This document shows positions 1-9,272 of a stretch of 42,696 nucleotides of DNA, in pieces (positions within the stretch are counted from its first letter, which is position 1; each line of letters opens with the position of its first letter). Where the stretch lies: positions 1 through 42,696 of the forward strand of contig JBBIIG010000001.1 of assembly GCA_037446635.1 (NCBI GenBank). Reading direction: 5' to 3'. A model generated the notes under the pieces. That model did not search any database. It had not been told where the DNA came from and was given only the letters and a program-made list of their open reading frames with translations. This DNA comes from a bacterium (GTDB lineage Bacteria > Zhuqueibacterota > Zhuqueibacteria > Oceanimicrobiales > Oceanimicrobiaceae). The position numbers and the translations under genes are program-made.

Positions 1-10
1 CGAAATTTCT

Positions 11-58
11 GGGGCGGTCCTATGCAATCCCGTGCATACTTTTTGGACAGCCCCTTTT
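11..58. terminator. Hairpin downstream of hsp20, possible bidirectional terminator or REP-like element
   Basis: GGGGCGGTCC (11-20) pairs with GGACAGCCCC (45-54) with one mismatch. There is an inner TATGCA/TGCATA stem and a TTTT tract at 55-58. It lies about 20 nt past the hsp20 stop. Confidence 0.55.
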
Positions 59-75
59 GATTTGCGAAGTGCGAA

Positions 76-498
76 TTAGCTGACTTTCACTTCAATTTGT
101 TTGGGCTGAGCTTTTTCGGTTTTGTTTAACGTAACCGTCAGCAGGCCGTTCTTAAATTCCGCATCGATCTTTTTATGATCGACTTCGTCCGTGAGGCGGA
201 AGACGCGTTTGAACGCTCCGTAAGTCCGTTCGGAACGGAAGTAGCCGCCATTCTTCTCCTCGTGTTCATATTTTTTCTCGCCCTCGAGAATCAGGTGATT
301 ATTCTCGAAGTACAATTTAAAATCTTCTTTGCTCAATCCTGGCAGCTCGGCGCGAATGATGAAATTTTTCTCGGTCTCTTTGACCTCAATTCTGGGCTCA
401 AAACCCGCTTTGCGCACCGACAACCGGTCGCCAAAGAAATCGCTCAAAAATGGATCGTTGTCCCACAAGGTTTGAAAAGGCGTCCATTTTACTAACAT
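76..498 (-). CDS. hsp20: Hsp20/alpha-crystallin small heat-shock protein (140 aa)
   Basis: Motifs IRAELPGL, L.LEGEKK, SERTYGAFKRVF and IDAEFKNGLLTVTL are present. The ATG at 498 lies 8 nt from a GGAGG RBS (507-511), so the longer 756 start in the ORF track is unlikely. Confidence 0.93.
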   Translation of the reverse strand: MLVKWTPFQTLWDNDPFLSDFFGDRLSVRKAGFEPRIEVKETEKNFIIRAELPGLSKEDFKLYFENNHLILEGEKKYEHEEKNGGYFRSERTYGAFKRVFRLTDEVDHKKIDAEFKNGLLTVTLNKTEKAQPKQIEVKVS

Positions 499-543
499 TG
501 GCATTACCTCCTTTGTTTTTTTCAAAAGTTTATCATGTTTTTC

Positions 544-558
544 GCAAAGGCTATGCCA
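544..558 (-). promoter_or_regulatory. Sigma-54 (RpoN) -24/-12 promoter for hsp20
   Basis: The minus strand reads TGGCATAGCCTTTGC, an exact GG-N10-GC match to TGGCAC-N5-TTGC, about 45 nt upstream of the start codon. Confidence 0.65.
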
Positions 559-704
559 CTTAGAAAGTAAGTAAAATTTTCGCGATGGCGTCGTAAATTG
601 ACAGAGACGGTTTTGAAGAAAGGTCAAACTGCCAAAGGCTCTGAAAATTCTACGCGCCGATTGGGTAAAGAAAATGAAAACTTGGCAAACTTCACGCAAA
701 GGCG

Positions 705-1829
705 CTAAGATTTTCCCATCAGCGAATAATAGACCTGCTCCGAAACCTTGGCCCAACCAGCCACTTTTTGGTGAAAGCTATCGAAAGATTCGTACACGCG
801 CCGGCTTAGCGGATCGGCGGTGGTCATTTCGGCGATCACTTCGGTGGAAAATTTTTTAAGCGCAGCCAACACCTCGTCGGGAAATTTTCGCACCGACACT
901 TTTGGATCGTCGATTATCTTTTGTAAATATTCATTGTTTTTGGATTCAAATTGCGAAAGCATCCACACGTTGGCGCGCGCCGCGGCGGTAGTGATGATCG
1001 TCTGCAAGTCTTTCGGCAGCGCATCCCATTGTCCCTTGTTGATCAACAACTCCAGTACCGGTCCCGGCTCGTGCCAGCCGGGGTAGTAGTAATATTTGGC
1101 GATGCGGTGGAAGCCCATCAGATAATCATGGTACGGGCCGACCCACTCTGTGGCGTCGATGACGCCGCGTTCGAGGTTGGTGTAAATTTCGCCGCCGGCA
1201 GAAAGAATTGGGGTTCCGCCGGCTTTGGCGATAACGTTGGCGCCGAGGCCAGGAATGCGCATGCGCAGCCCCTTGAGATCGGTAACGGAATTGATCTCGC
1301 GATTGAACCAACCGCCCATTTGCATCCCCGTGTTGCCGGCCGGCATGGGGACGAGATTGTAGGGTGCGTAGAGTTCCTGCCACAGTTCGGCGCCGCCGCC
1401 GCAGTAGAGCCAGGCGTTCATCTGTTGCGCGTTCATGCCAAACGGCACCGCGGCAAAAAACTGCGCGGCCGGAATTTTGCCGGCCCAATAATACGCCACG
1501 CCGTGCCCCATTTCAGCCATACCCTGACTGACGGCGTCGAAGGTTTCGAGGGCGGGCACCAACTCGCCGCCGCCATACACTTGAATTTTTAACCGGCCCT
1601 CGGACATCTCATCGATCCACTGCGCCATCATGTCGGCGCCTTCGCCCATCACCGGAAAATGCGGCGGCCAGGTGGTGACCATTCGCCAGCGGTATAATTT
1701 GCGGGTGTGAACCGCCGGCGCATCGCCGGTTTGCTGGGCGCCGCCGCTGCATCCCAAAAGCGCCGCGCCGCCCACCAGCGTTGCCGTCGATCCTTTTTTG
1801 AGAAATTCTCGCCGCTTCATGGATTTCAC
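705..1829 (-). CDS. dctP: TRAP transporter substrate-binding protein (DctP family, TakP/alpha-keto-acid-like), Tat-exported
   Basis: Twin-arginine signal KRREFLK, then WRMVTTWP, GRLKIQVYGGGELVP, GNTGMQMGGWFNREI and LERGVIDATEWVGP. GTG start with AGGAG 8 nt upstream. Confidence 0.9.
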   Translation of the reverse strand: MKSMKRREFLKKGSTATLVGGAALLGCSGGAQQTGDAPAVHTRKLYRWRMVTTWPPHFPVMGEGADMMAQWIDEMSEGRLKIQVYGGGELVPALETFDAVSQGMAEMGHGVAYYWAGKIPAAQFFAAVPFGMNAQQMNAWLYCGGGAELWQELYAPYNLVPMPAGNTGMQMGGWFNREINSVTDLKGLRMRIPGLGANVIAKAGGTPILSAGGEIYTNLERGVIDATEWVGPYHDYLMGFHRIAKYYYYPGWHEPGPVLELLINKGQWDALPKDLQTIITTAAARANVWMLSQFESKNNEYLQKIIDDPKVSVRKFPDEVLAALKKFSTEVIAEMTTADPLSRRVYESFDSFHQKVAGWAKVSEQVYYSLMGKS

Positions 1830-1873
1830 TTTTTGATCTCCTATTATGACAATAAAGGCAAAGTTTTATAACC

Positions 1874-1938
1874 TGGAGTAATGGAGCTATGGATTATTGG
1901 ATTAATGAAAAAGCCAAAGCATAATCCATTCATCAACT
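1874..1938. repeat. Octamer tandem repeat TGGA(G/T)(T/C)AW with a degenerate inverted arm
   Basis: tggagtaa tggagcta tggattat tggattaa (1874-1905), followed by ataatccattcatcaact (1921-1938). The same family occurs at 38455-38540. Confidence 0.7.
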
Positions 1939-1963
1939 GTAATTGACCTTGGCTAAAGAAAAA

Positions 1964-3343
1964 TCATTTGGCAGTTTTGATCAGGTTAACCGCCAGGCAA
2001 ATAACCGCAATCAAACCAAGAACTCCCGAGGCGGCAAAAGCCCGGAGGACAACAAACGTTATTTCCGGAAACGGCTCCAGCCACCCGGCCGGCAAAAGCA
2101 GCGGCGCCACCCGAGTCATGGCGGCAGCGTTCGCCAGCCAGAACGTGGCGGCGACTAACCGCGGCTGTGCCACTTGCTTTTTCTGAATGAAGCCCGGCAG
2201 CATGCGCACCGCCATCCCTAAAATCAGATTAGTGATGAACCCCAACAAATAGGCGTGGCGGATGGCGTCGCTGCTGATGGCCGCTCGCCACGCCAACAAC
2301 GACGAGAGGGCTGCTGTGGTTTCTAACACCACGGCCACGATCAACCAGAAGTAGGCCGCGTAAACCAGCCACTCAAAGCGGCCGAACTCGCCGTAGTCGG
2401 GCAAGCCCTCGCGCGTGGGGCGGCGCTCCGGCCCCGGCTGCAAAACCCGATGCACCGTCCACGGGGCGCGGCGGCGCGTGAGCACGTCTATTCTCCAAAT
2501 GAACCACAAAACGACGGCGCCTTTGAGAATTTTTCCGACGGCGCTGAGATAAAGGGGAATCTGCGAGGGCAGACTGAGAACCACCGGTAAAGTCGGAAGA
2601 ATTTGCAGGCAGACCGAGATAAAATAGACCCAGGCGAGCTGCGCCACCTGCCAGTCGATAGCCGGTAAACGAAGATAAAGTGGAAACAAGCGCGCCGAAA
2701 ACGCAAACGCCACCGGCAGCAGCACGAGGTTTAGAAATATTTGAATGGCGAATTCGTTCCAGTTTTGATCGACCACCACCTTGCCGGCTGCTGCCATCTG
2801 CAGCAGCAAAAAAAGATTGAGCAGACCGTAAACCAGCCAGCCCGCGAACATCATCTGAAAAAATGGTTTGACGGATTGCAGCGCGGGGCGCAAACTGTCG
2901 AGAGTGACGCCGCCAATGGTTTGCACAAGGGTGATTAAATAGAGCACGATCGCAATGAATTCCAGCAGACCGGAAGTAAACGTCAATGCGCTGATCCAAT
3001 AAAAAACTGCTTTGCCGAAAAAATAGGGTAAAAGCGTCTGGCCGATGCTGCGCAGAATGAGCCCGGAACTTACCAGCCACAAAATTAAACTGATTCGCGA
3101 AGGCTTTTGAATGGGGACGCCGGCGAGCCGCGGAATGAAGTGCAAACTGATGCCGATGATAAATAACCCGGCCCAGCCTACGAGCTGCACGTGGCCGTGC
3201 GCCTGGATAAAACTGGCAAATCCTTTTCCCAGCGGCAGCTCCAGCCCGATGACCGACGCCACGTGCGCGCCGATGGCAAACCCGGCGAACACCGCCAGCC
3301 CCAGCGCCCACCAGATGAAGCGAATTTCAAATTTTAGCTGCAT
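1964..3343 (-). CDS. NnrS-like polytopic membrane protein
   Basis: Many hydrophobic segments. Motifs QAHGHVQLVGWAGLFIIG...FIPR and DAIRHAYLLGFITNLILGMAVRMLPGF resemble NnrS/heme-copper-family repeats. Confidence 0.65.
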   Translation of the reverse strand: MQLKFEIRFIWWALGLAVFAGFAIGAHVASVIGLELPLGKGFASFIQAHGHVQLVGWAGLFIIGISLHFIPRLAGVPIQKPSRISLILWLVSSGLILRSIGQTLLPYFFGKAVFYWISALTFTSGLLEFIAIVLYLITLVQTIGGVTLDSLRPALQSVKPFFQMMFAGWLVYGLLNLFLLLQMAAAGKVVVDQNWNEFAIQIFLNLVLLPVAFAFSARLFPLYLRLPAIDWQVAQLAWVYFISVCLQILPTLPVVLSLPSQIPLYLSAVGKILKGAVVLWFIWRIDVLTRRRAPWTVHRVLQPGPERRPTREGLPDYGEFGRFEWLVYAAYFWLIVAVVLETTAALSSLLAWRAAISSDAIRHAYLLGFITNLILGMAVRMLPGFIQKKQVAQPRLVAATFWLANAAAMTRVAPLLLPAGWLEPFPEITFVVLRAFAASGVLGLIAVICLAVNLIKTAK

Positions 3344-3346
3344 GGT

Positions 3347-4138
3347 TTATGAAGGGATGGTATCGAAGCCGGGCCGCACGAAGGCGCGGGCGTTGGGAAA
3401 TTCTTTTTCCGCGGCGCGCCGCAGGCGATCGAGGTGCAAAAGGATGGTCAGAATGTCGTCGGTCTTTTCCGGGAAATGTTCCCGCAAAATTCCCCAGGCC
3501 GTGATGGAGCGGTCGATGCCGATCAACGCCACTTTTACCGAGCCGTCCGAGTCTTTGGGAAAATCGTCCTCCGCTATTTTATCTTCTTTGGCGCCCATCA
3601 GCCCGCGCATCAATTTCACATAAATTTGATGTTGATACCAGCGGATGATTTCGACCGCATCCACAATGCTGGCGGCCTCGGCGTTTTGCTGGGATGCGTC
3701 CAGACCCCAGCTTATTTTTTCGTTCAGCTCGGCTTCTTTTTCTCGAAACAGCGGCTTCTCGGACTTAAGCCAGGTCTCCACCATTTTTGAGTAGTGCGTC
3801 GCCGCCCGCGAGAGCTTATGACTTTCCGCCCGTTTTCTTTGGCGTTCTTCTTCTTTCTCGCTTTCTTTTAGATCCAGCGATTCCAAATCAATACCCTGCT
3901 CTTCCGCAAATTCCTGAATCATTTCCAGAGTTTGCTGAAAAATTTCGTGCAGCTTTTCCCAAAACGCCTCATTGGTGATGTCGCGCGCTTCCGGATCGAT
4001 CTGCTCTTCCTGTTCCATGGCGTATTGCAGACAGCGGCTGGTAAAGGGACAGCGCTCGCACCAGCGATCGCAATAGTTATAAATTCCGGAGATGAAGTTT
4101 GGATTGCGCGCCATTTTGATCAGATCATTTTTGTTCAT
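3347..4138 (-). CDS. Conserved hypothetical protein with an N-terminal four-Cys motif
   Basis: YNYCDRWCERCPFTSRC followed by a helical, acidic body. The ATG at 4138 has GAGGT 7 nt upstream and overlaps the end of the peptidase gene. Confidence 0.75.
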   Translation of the reverse strand: MNKNDLIKMARNPNFISGIYNYCDRWCERCPFTSRCLQYAMEQEEQIDPEARDITNEAFWEKLHEIFQQTLEMIQEFAEEQGIDLESLDLKESEKEEERQRKRAESHKLSRAATHYSKMVETWLKSEKPLFREKEAELNEKISWGLDASQQNAEAASIVDAVEIIRWYQHQIYVKLMRGLMGAKEDKIAEDDFPKDSDGSVKVALIGIDRSITAWGILREHFPEKTDDILTILLHLDRLRRAAEKEFPNARAFVRPGFDTIPS

Positions 4139-6113
4139 AGCCAATACCTCGGGGGGTCATGTTTTCGATTTTTATCGCTGCTATTGGTTCGGAGAGATCG
4201 AAGTTAAAGATTTTGGAATAAAAGTAGAGTTCCGCCTCCAAGGCTCGTCGGATATTCTCGGCTTTACGAAAACCGTGCTGCTCTCCCTCAAAGGCAAGGT
4301 ATGCTACCGGCAATCCTTTTTTTTGCACCGCCTGCAACATTTTTTCCGATTGGCTCGGCGGGACCACTTTATCCTCCAATCCTTGAAACAGAATGAGCGG
4401 GCAGGAGAGGCGATCAACAAAATGAATGGGCGAGCGCTCGCGATAAAGTTCGCGGCGCGCGGGATAGGGCGCGAGGAGCGTTTCCAAATAACGCGACTCA
4501 AATTTATGGGTGTCTTTTGCCAGCGCCTCGAGATCGCTGATGCCGTAGTAACTCGCCCCGGCTTTGAAGAAATTCCGGAAGGTGAGCGCCGCCAGCGTGG
4601 TGTAGCCGCCGGCGCTGCCGCCAACGATGATCGTGCGGCTGCCATCGGCGAGATTTTTCTCGACTAAATACTTCGCGGCGTTGACGCAATCGTCCACATC
4701 CACGACGCCCCAGTTGCCGTTGAGCCGCTGGCGATAAGCGCGTCCGTAACCCGTGCTGCCGCCGTAGTTCACGTCCAGCACCGCGAAACCGCGGCTGGTC
4801 CAAAATTGCGTGCGTAAATCGAGCATGGTGGAAGTGGCGGCGGTTGGCCCGCCATGGCTTCTCACCATCAGCGGCGGGAGCTCGGCTGCCGGCGCGCGAT
4901 AATCACGGTTTTGGGGCGGATAAAAATAAGCAAACGCCGTGAGCCCGTTCTCTGTGGGAAATTCGATGGATTGGGGGTGGGAAAGATATCCGGGATCGAT
5001 TTCCACTTGCGAGGCGCGCCGCAGCGTTTCACAGCGGTGGCTTCGCCAATCCAATTTGACGATGGAAGAGGGCGTGGTTGGCGAGCCGCCGCGGAAAACG
5101 GCAAATGTCTTCCCGACTCGCACTTCCTCGATCACCGAGTATTCGGTTGGGATAACCTCCATCTCCAAATTTTGAGTATCGAGACGCGCGAGATGCCAGC
5201 GCCCGTTTTCTTGGATACCGATCCGCTTCGCGGAGAAGAAGCTGCAAACGATCTGGTTGTCATCGGCAAAGCCAAAAGTTGAGAGGCCAAAAACCCACTG
5301 CGGCAGCCCGAATTCCGCGAGGCGTTCGGCCAGCGGCTCGACGACGCCGTTTCGCCAGCGATAGAGATTCCACCAGCCCGTGCGATCGGAAATGAAATAA
5401 AGCGTTCCATCCGGCGACCACTCCGGTTGGAAGATGGATTCATTTTCGCTGCCGGCCACTTTTTGCGCCGCTGTGATTGCGCCATCGTCTCGAATTTCGC
5501 CCACCCACAATTCCGTGCCGTCCCACGGCAGGTTGGGATGATTCCAGGTCAGCCAGGCCAGGCGCGCGCCATCGGGGCTGAGCCGTGGGGAAGAATAAAA
5601 ATCGCTGCCGGAAATCAGTATCTCCCCGGTGTGGTTTTTATTGAGATGAACCGCCACTATGCTGTTGGTGGGCTCTTGATTTTGCGACGAATGATCCTCG
5701 CGAACGCAGATGATGCGATTTTGTTTTTTGTCGAAGATGCCGTCAGCAAAGCGGCACATGCTTTCGGGAGTGATGGGCGCCGGCGGCTGGCCGGGGATTT
5801 GACGATACAGCCGCTGGTCTTTGAAATTCGAAAAGTAAATCACCCCCTGGTGCACCAGAAACGCCCCACCGCCGTATTCGTGCGCCAGGGTGCGGGCATT
5901 AAACGGCGGCGGCGTGAGGTCGCTCAACTTGCCGGTGGCGTCGCATTTCACGATCACGTTGCGGCCGCCTTCCTCGGGGCGCTGCTCGATCCAATAGATG
6001 TCCTCGCCGTCAATGGCAATTTGCCCCAACCGAATGGACTGCGAGGCCACGATTTCGGCAGAGATGGGCGATGGCCAGGAGCCGTAGGCGGCAATCTTTC
6101 TCTTAGTCATCAC
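4125..6113 (-). CDS. S9 family serine peptidase (dipeptidyl aminopeptidase/acylaminoacyl peptidase)
   Basis: N-terminal YGSWPSPI and propeller region, HGGPT, DVNYGGSTGYGR, nucleophile elbow GGSAGG, catalytic Asp in QGLEDKVV and His in GEQHGFR. Confidence 0.93.
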   Translation of the reverse strand: MMTKRKIAAYGSWPSPISAEIVASQSIRLGQIAIDGEDIYWIEQRPEEGGRNVIVKCDATGKLSDLTPPPFNARTLAHEYGGGAFLVHQGVIYFSNFKDQRLYRQIPGQPPAPITPESMCRFADGIFDKKQNRIICVREDHSSQNQEPTNSIVAVHLNKNHTGEILISGSDFYSSPRLSPDGARLAWLTWNHPNLPWDGTELWVGEIRDDGAITAAQKVAGSENESIFQPEWSPDGTLYFISDRTGWWNLYRWRNGVVEPLAERLAEFGLPQWVFGLSTFGFADDNQIVCSFFSAKRIGIQENGRWHLARLDTQNLEMEVIPTEYSVIEEVRVGKTFAVFRGGSPTTPSSIVKLDWRSHRCETLRRASQVEIDPGYLSHPQSIEFPTENGLTAFAYFYPPQNRDYRAPAAELPPLMVRSHGGPTAATSTMLDLRTQFWTSRGFAVLDVNYGGSTGYGRAYRQRLNGNWGVVDVDDCVNAAKYLVEKNLADGSRTIIVGGSAGGYTTLAALTFRNFFKAGASYYGISDLEALAKDTHKFESRYLETLLAPYPARRELYRERSPIHFVDRLSCPLILFQGLEDKVVPPSQSEKMLQAVQKKGLPVAYLAFEGEQHGFRKAENIRRALEAELYFYSKIFNFDLSEPIAAIKIENMTPRGIGYEQK

Positions 6114-6142
6114 TGCAATTTGGGCTATCCATTTTGAAGCGC

Positions 6143-6171
6143 AATATATCGACCAACTGATTTTTAGTCAA
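6143..6171 (-). promoter_or_regulatory. Sigma-70-type promoter for the S9 peptidase operon
   Basis: Minus strand TTGACT (6171-6166), 17 nt spacer, TATATT (6148-6143). Confidence 0.65.
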
Positions 6172-6190
6172 GCGATAGCAGGAAAATTTC

Positions 6191-6219
6191 TTGCGTCGGC
6201 AAATGAATTTAATTACTTT
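6191..6219 (+). promoter_or_regulatory. Sigma-70-type promoter for the molybdopterin oxidoreductase, divergent from the peptidase promoter
   Basis: TTGCGT (6191-6196), 17 nt spacer, TACTTT (6214-6219). A GGAG RBS precedes the ATG at 6241. Confidence 0.5.
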
Positions 6220-6240
6220 GCGAAAAGTAACGGAGATTTT

Positions 6241-8247
6241 ATGCCAATAACCACAACTCATCATTCCGCCTGCACCATGGACTGCCCCGACACCTGCAGC
6301 CTTTCCGTCGAAGTGAGCGAGGGGCGCATCACTAAAATCGGGGCCTCGGAGTTGAACCCGACCACGCAGGGATTCATCTGCACCAAAATCTCGCGGTTCG
6401 CGCAGCGGGTCTATTCGCCGCACCGTTTACTTTATCCGATGAAACGTGTCGGGGAAAAAGGCGAGGGAAAATTTGAGAGAATCAGTTGGGATGAAGCGGC
6501 GCGGATCATCTGCGAGAAATTTAACGACATCCAAGCGCGCTGGGGCGGCGAAGCGATTTTGCCCTATTCCTACGGCGGCTCCAACGGCATGTTGGGGCAG
6601 GACACCAGCGACCGCGCCTTTTTCGCGAAACTTGGGGCGTCGCGGCTGGCGCGAACCCTGTGCGCCGCGCCCACTGGCGAGGCCGCCCTGGGGATGTACG
6701 GCAAAATGGCCGGCGTTGCGTTTGAAGATTACGTGCATGCGAAATTTATTGTGATCTGGGGCGCCAACCCCAAGGCCTCGAATATTCATCTCGTGCCCTA
6801 TCTCAAACAGGCGAAAGCGGCCGGCGCTAAAATCGCGCTGGTGGATCCGCGGCGGACGTTTTCTAATAATGAGTTCGACCTTCATCTGCCCGTTTATCCG
6901 GGAACCGACGTGGCTGTCGCCCTGGCGATGATCCGCTTCTGGCATAAAAATAATTTGCTCAATTGGGATTTTATCCGCGAGTTCACCAAAGGCGTCGAAA
7001 TTTTGTTAGAGCAAGCCGAAGCCTGGACGCTGGAAAAAGCTGCGGCGACGGCGCGGGTTCCCGCCGAAGATATCGCAAAATTAGCAACGATGTACGCGCT
7101 ACACGATCCGGTGGTGATACGAGTCGGTTGGGGATTGGAGCGCAATCGCAACGGCGGACAATCGGTGGCCGCAGTGTTGGCGCTGCCAGCGGTGTTGGGA
7201 AAATTCGGCCGCCGCGGCGCCGGCTACACCCTCAGCAACAGCGGCGCCTACAAAGTGGACGCCCGTGTCCTGGTGGAGGCGCCGCCGTGGAATACGCGCA
7301 TCATCAACATGAATCAATTGGGCAAAGTTCTATTAGAGGAAAAAAGACCGCCCATCAAAGGGTTGTTCGTTTACAACTGCAATCCCGTTGCAACCGTGCC
7401 CAACCAGAACGCGGTGATTCACGGACTGCAGCGCGACGATTTGTTCACGGTGGTTTTTGAACAGGTGATGACCGACACGGCTTTATACGCCGACCTCCTG
7501 CTGCCGGCGGTTACGTTTCTCGAGCAGCATGAAATTAAAAAGGCGTACGGTTCGTACGCGGTGCAATATTTGGAACCGGCTATCGAACCTCTGGGTGAGG
7601 CGAAACCCAACGAAGAAGTATTTGCGCTGCTCGGCCGCACGATGGGGTGGAAGGATCTGGCGTTTGCGGAAAGCACAGATGATTATCTGCGCCGCGCCGC
7701 TTCGGCGATTACCGGAATGGGCAATGCGCTTACGATCGAAAATTTGAAGCGTGAAAAGATCGCGTTCTTTGATTTTCCGGGTACTCGTCCCATTCAATTC
7801 AAAACTGTTTTTCCAAACACTCCCGACGGCAAAATTAATTTTGCTCCCGCCAATTTGGGAGAACGACCTTTTGAATTTTTGGAGAGTCCCACCAACGGTT
7901 ATCCACTGGCTTTGATTTCGCCGGCGACGGACAAAATGATCAGCAGCACGCTCGGCGAATTTAATTTTCCACAGTTGTTTGTGATGATGAATCCCGAGGA
8001 TGCGGCGGCGCGCTTAATCAAACCTGGCGACGTGGTGCGAGTGTACAACGATCTTGGCGAAGTGGTGGTTACAGCAAAAATTAGCGAGCAGGTTCGCCCT
8101 GGCGTGGTGTCGCTGCCCAAAGGCGCGTGGCGCCAATCCTCTTTGAATGGCTTTACCTCTACTGCATTGACCCCCGATTTCATTAGCGCCGTGGGCGGCG
8201 GCGCCTGTTTCAACGACGCCCGCGTGGAGGTTGCCCGGGTAGATTAA
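6241..8247 (+). CDS. Molybdopterin (bis-MGD) oxidoreductase with an N-terminal [4Fe-4S] site, cytoplasmic, substrate unknown
   Basis: CTMDCPDTC...GFICTK, RLLYPMKRVGEKGEGKFERISWDEA, IWGANP, TDTALYADLLLPA and a C-terminal molydopterin-binding domain (MNPEDAAAR...GDVVRVYN). No Tat signal. Confidence 0.9.
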   Translation: MPITTTHHSACTMDCPDTCSLSVEVSEGRITKIGASELNPTTQGFICTKISRFAQRVYSPHRLLYPMKRVGEKGEGKFERISWDEAARIICEKFNDIQARWGGEAILPYSYGGSNGMLGQDTSDRAFFAKLGASRLARTLCAAPTGEAALGMYGKMAGVAFEDYVHAKFIVIWGANPKASNIHLVPYLKQAKAAGAKIALVDPRRTFSNNEFDLHLPVYPGTDVAVALAMIRFWHKNNLLNWDFIREFTKGVEILLEQAEAWTLEKAAATARVPAEDIAKLATMYALHDPVVIRVGWGLERNRNGGQSVAAVLALPAVLGKFGRRGAGYTLSNSGAYKVDARVLVEAPPWNTRIINMNQLGKVLLEEKRPPIKGLFVYNCNPVATVPNQNAVIHGLQRDDLFTVVFEQVMTDTALYADLLLPAVTFLEQHEIKKAYGSYAVQYLEPAIEPLGEAKPNEEVFALLGRTMGWKDLAFAESTDDYLRRAASAITGMGNALTIENLKREKIAFFDFPGTRPIQFKTVFPNTPDGKINFAPANLGERPFEFLESPTNGYPLALISPATDKMISSTLGEFNFPQLFVMMNPEDAAARLIKPGDVVRVYNDLGEVVVTAKISEQVRPGVVSLPKGAWRQSSLNGFTSTALTPDFISAVGGGACFNDARVEVARVD

Positions 8248-8255
8248 AAAAGATC

Positions 8256-8286
8256 CGTAGGGGTAATTCATGAAATTACCCCTACG
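8256..8286. repeat. GTAG-type REP palindrome, probably also terminating the Mo-enzyme transcript
   Basis: CGTAGGGGTAATT-catga-AATTACCCCTACG has perfect 13-bp arms and lies 9 nt after the stop codon. A related copy is at 30694-30721. Confidence 0.8.
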
Positions 8287-8447
8287 CGCGGAAGAAATTC
8301 GTTTCTTGTTTTACGCCCGCTAAAGTTTTTCGACATGGATGTCGATACTTAAATCACAGGTGTTGTACTTGCTTCATTCAAAAAGACTGGCAGTAAAGGG
8401 ACGACATGGAGTTGCCATGGATGGCGCCTCTGCCAGTTGCCCACTGA

Positions 8448-9254
8448 TTATTTTTTCCAAAAATCGATGAGAGTAGCGGTGAGCTTCCGCCGAAACGAGT
8501 TCGCGGATTGGATGCGGATGATTTGTACTGTGATATTATCTTCGCCGCCTAAGTTATTCGCCAACTGAACGAGTTTTTGGCAGGCTTTCTCCGGCGCATT
8601 GGACAAAACCACCTCTTGCAGCGCCTCGTCTTCCACTTTGGCGAGGCCATCGCTGCACAACAAAAAATAATCTCCGGCTTGAATTGTCAGCTCTGATGTA
8701 TCTACCTCCACCTCTGGCCGCGCGCCCAACGCGCGATTGAGCAAGTTGCGCTGGGGGTGCTGCCGCGCCTCTTTTTCCGTGAGAATGCCCTGACGCTGCA
8801 GCTCCGCCACTTGTGAATGATCGCGCGTCAACTGCTCGATGCCGGAGTGATGGATGCGATAAGCGCGGCTGTCGCCGACGTGCGCGATATAAGCGCGGTC
8901 GCCCTTCAGCGCCAGGCACGTGCAGGTGGTGCCCATGCCGTGAAACTCCGCGTTGCCCTGTGCAAATTGCAGAATTTTTTGATTGGTCTCCTGAAATGCT
9001 TGCTGCAGCCGCGACGGGATTTCCATTTCCGGATGATCGAAATAAAATTTGGCGATGTTGCTTACCGCCATACTGCTGGCTTGCTGCCCGCCGCGATGCC
9101 CGCCCATGCCGTCGGCAACAATGAACAATTGCCCGTCCTTTGAATACAAATCATCGGAATTCTCCGGAAACTTGCCGCAACTATCCTGATTGTCCGTGCG
9201 CAGCAATCCGATATCGGAGAGTTGTGAGTATGCGAGCGTCAGAGGCCGTTCCAT
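8448..9254 (-). CDS. PP2C/PPM-family Ser/Thr protein phosphatase (Stp1/PrpC type)
   Basis: SDIGLLRTDNQD, IVADGMGGHRGG, GMGTT, AHVGDSRAY, QLTRDHS, LLCSDGL and GGEDNIT. Confidence 0.95.
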   Translation of the reverse strand: MERPLTLAYSQLSDIGLLRTDNQDSCGKFPENSDDLYSKDGQLFIVADGMGGHRGGQQASSMAVSNIAKFYFDHPEMEIPSRLQQAFQETNQKILQFAQGNAEFHGMGTTCTCLALKGDRAYIAHVGDSRAYRIHHSGIEQLTRDHSQVAELQRQGILTEKEARQHPQRNLLNRALGARPEVEVDTSELTIQAGDYFLLCSDGLAKVEDEALQEVVLSNAPEKACQKLVQLANNLGGEDNITVQIIRIQSANSFRRKLTATLIDFWKK

Positions 9255-9272
9255 AAAATATTTGTTGGAAGA

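Noticed and set aside
499..756. 86-aa N-terminal extension of Hsp20 in the ORF track
   Set aside because: It overlaps the dctP 3' end and the promoter. The RBS supports ATG 498.
2373..3311. 312-aa alternative-frame ORF
   Set aside because: It is Arg/Ala-rich, has no motifs and lies wholly inside the NnrS-like gene.
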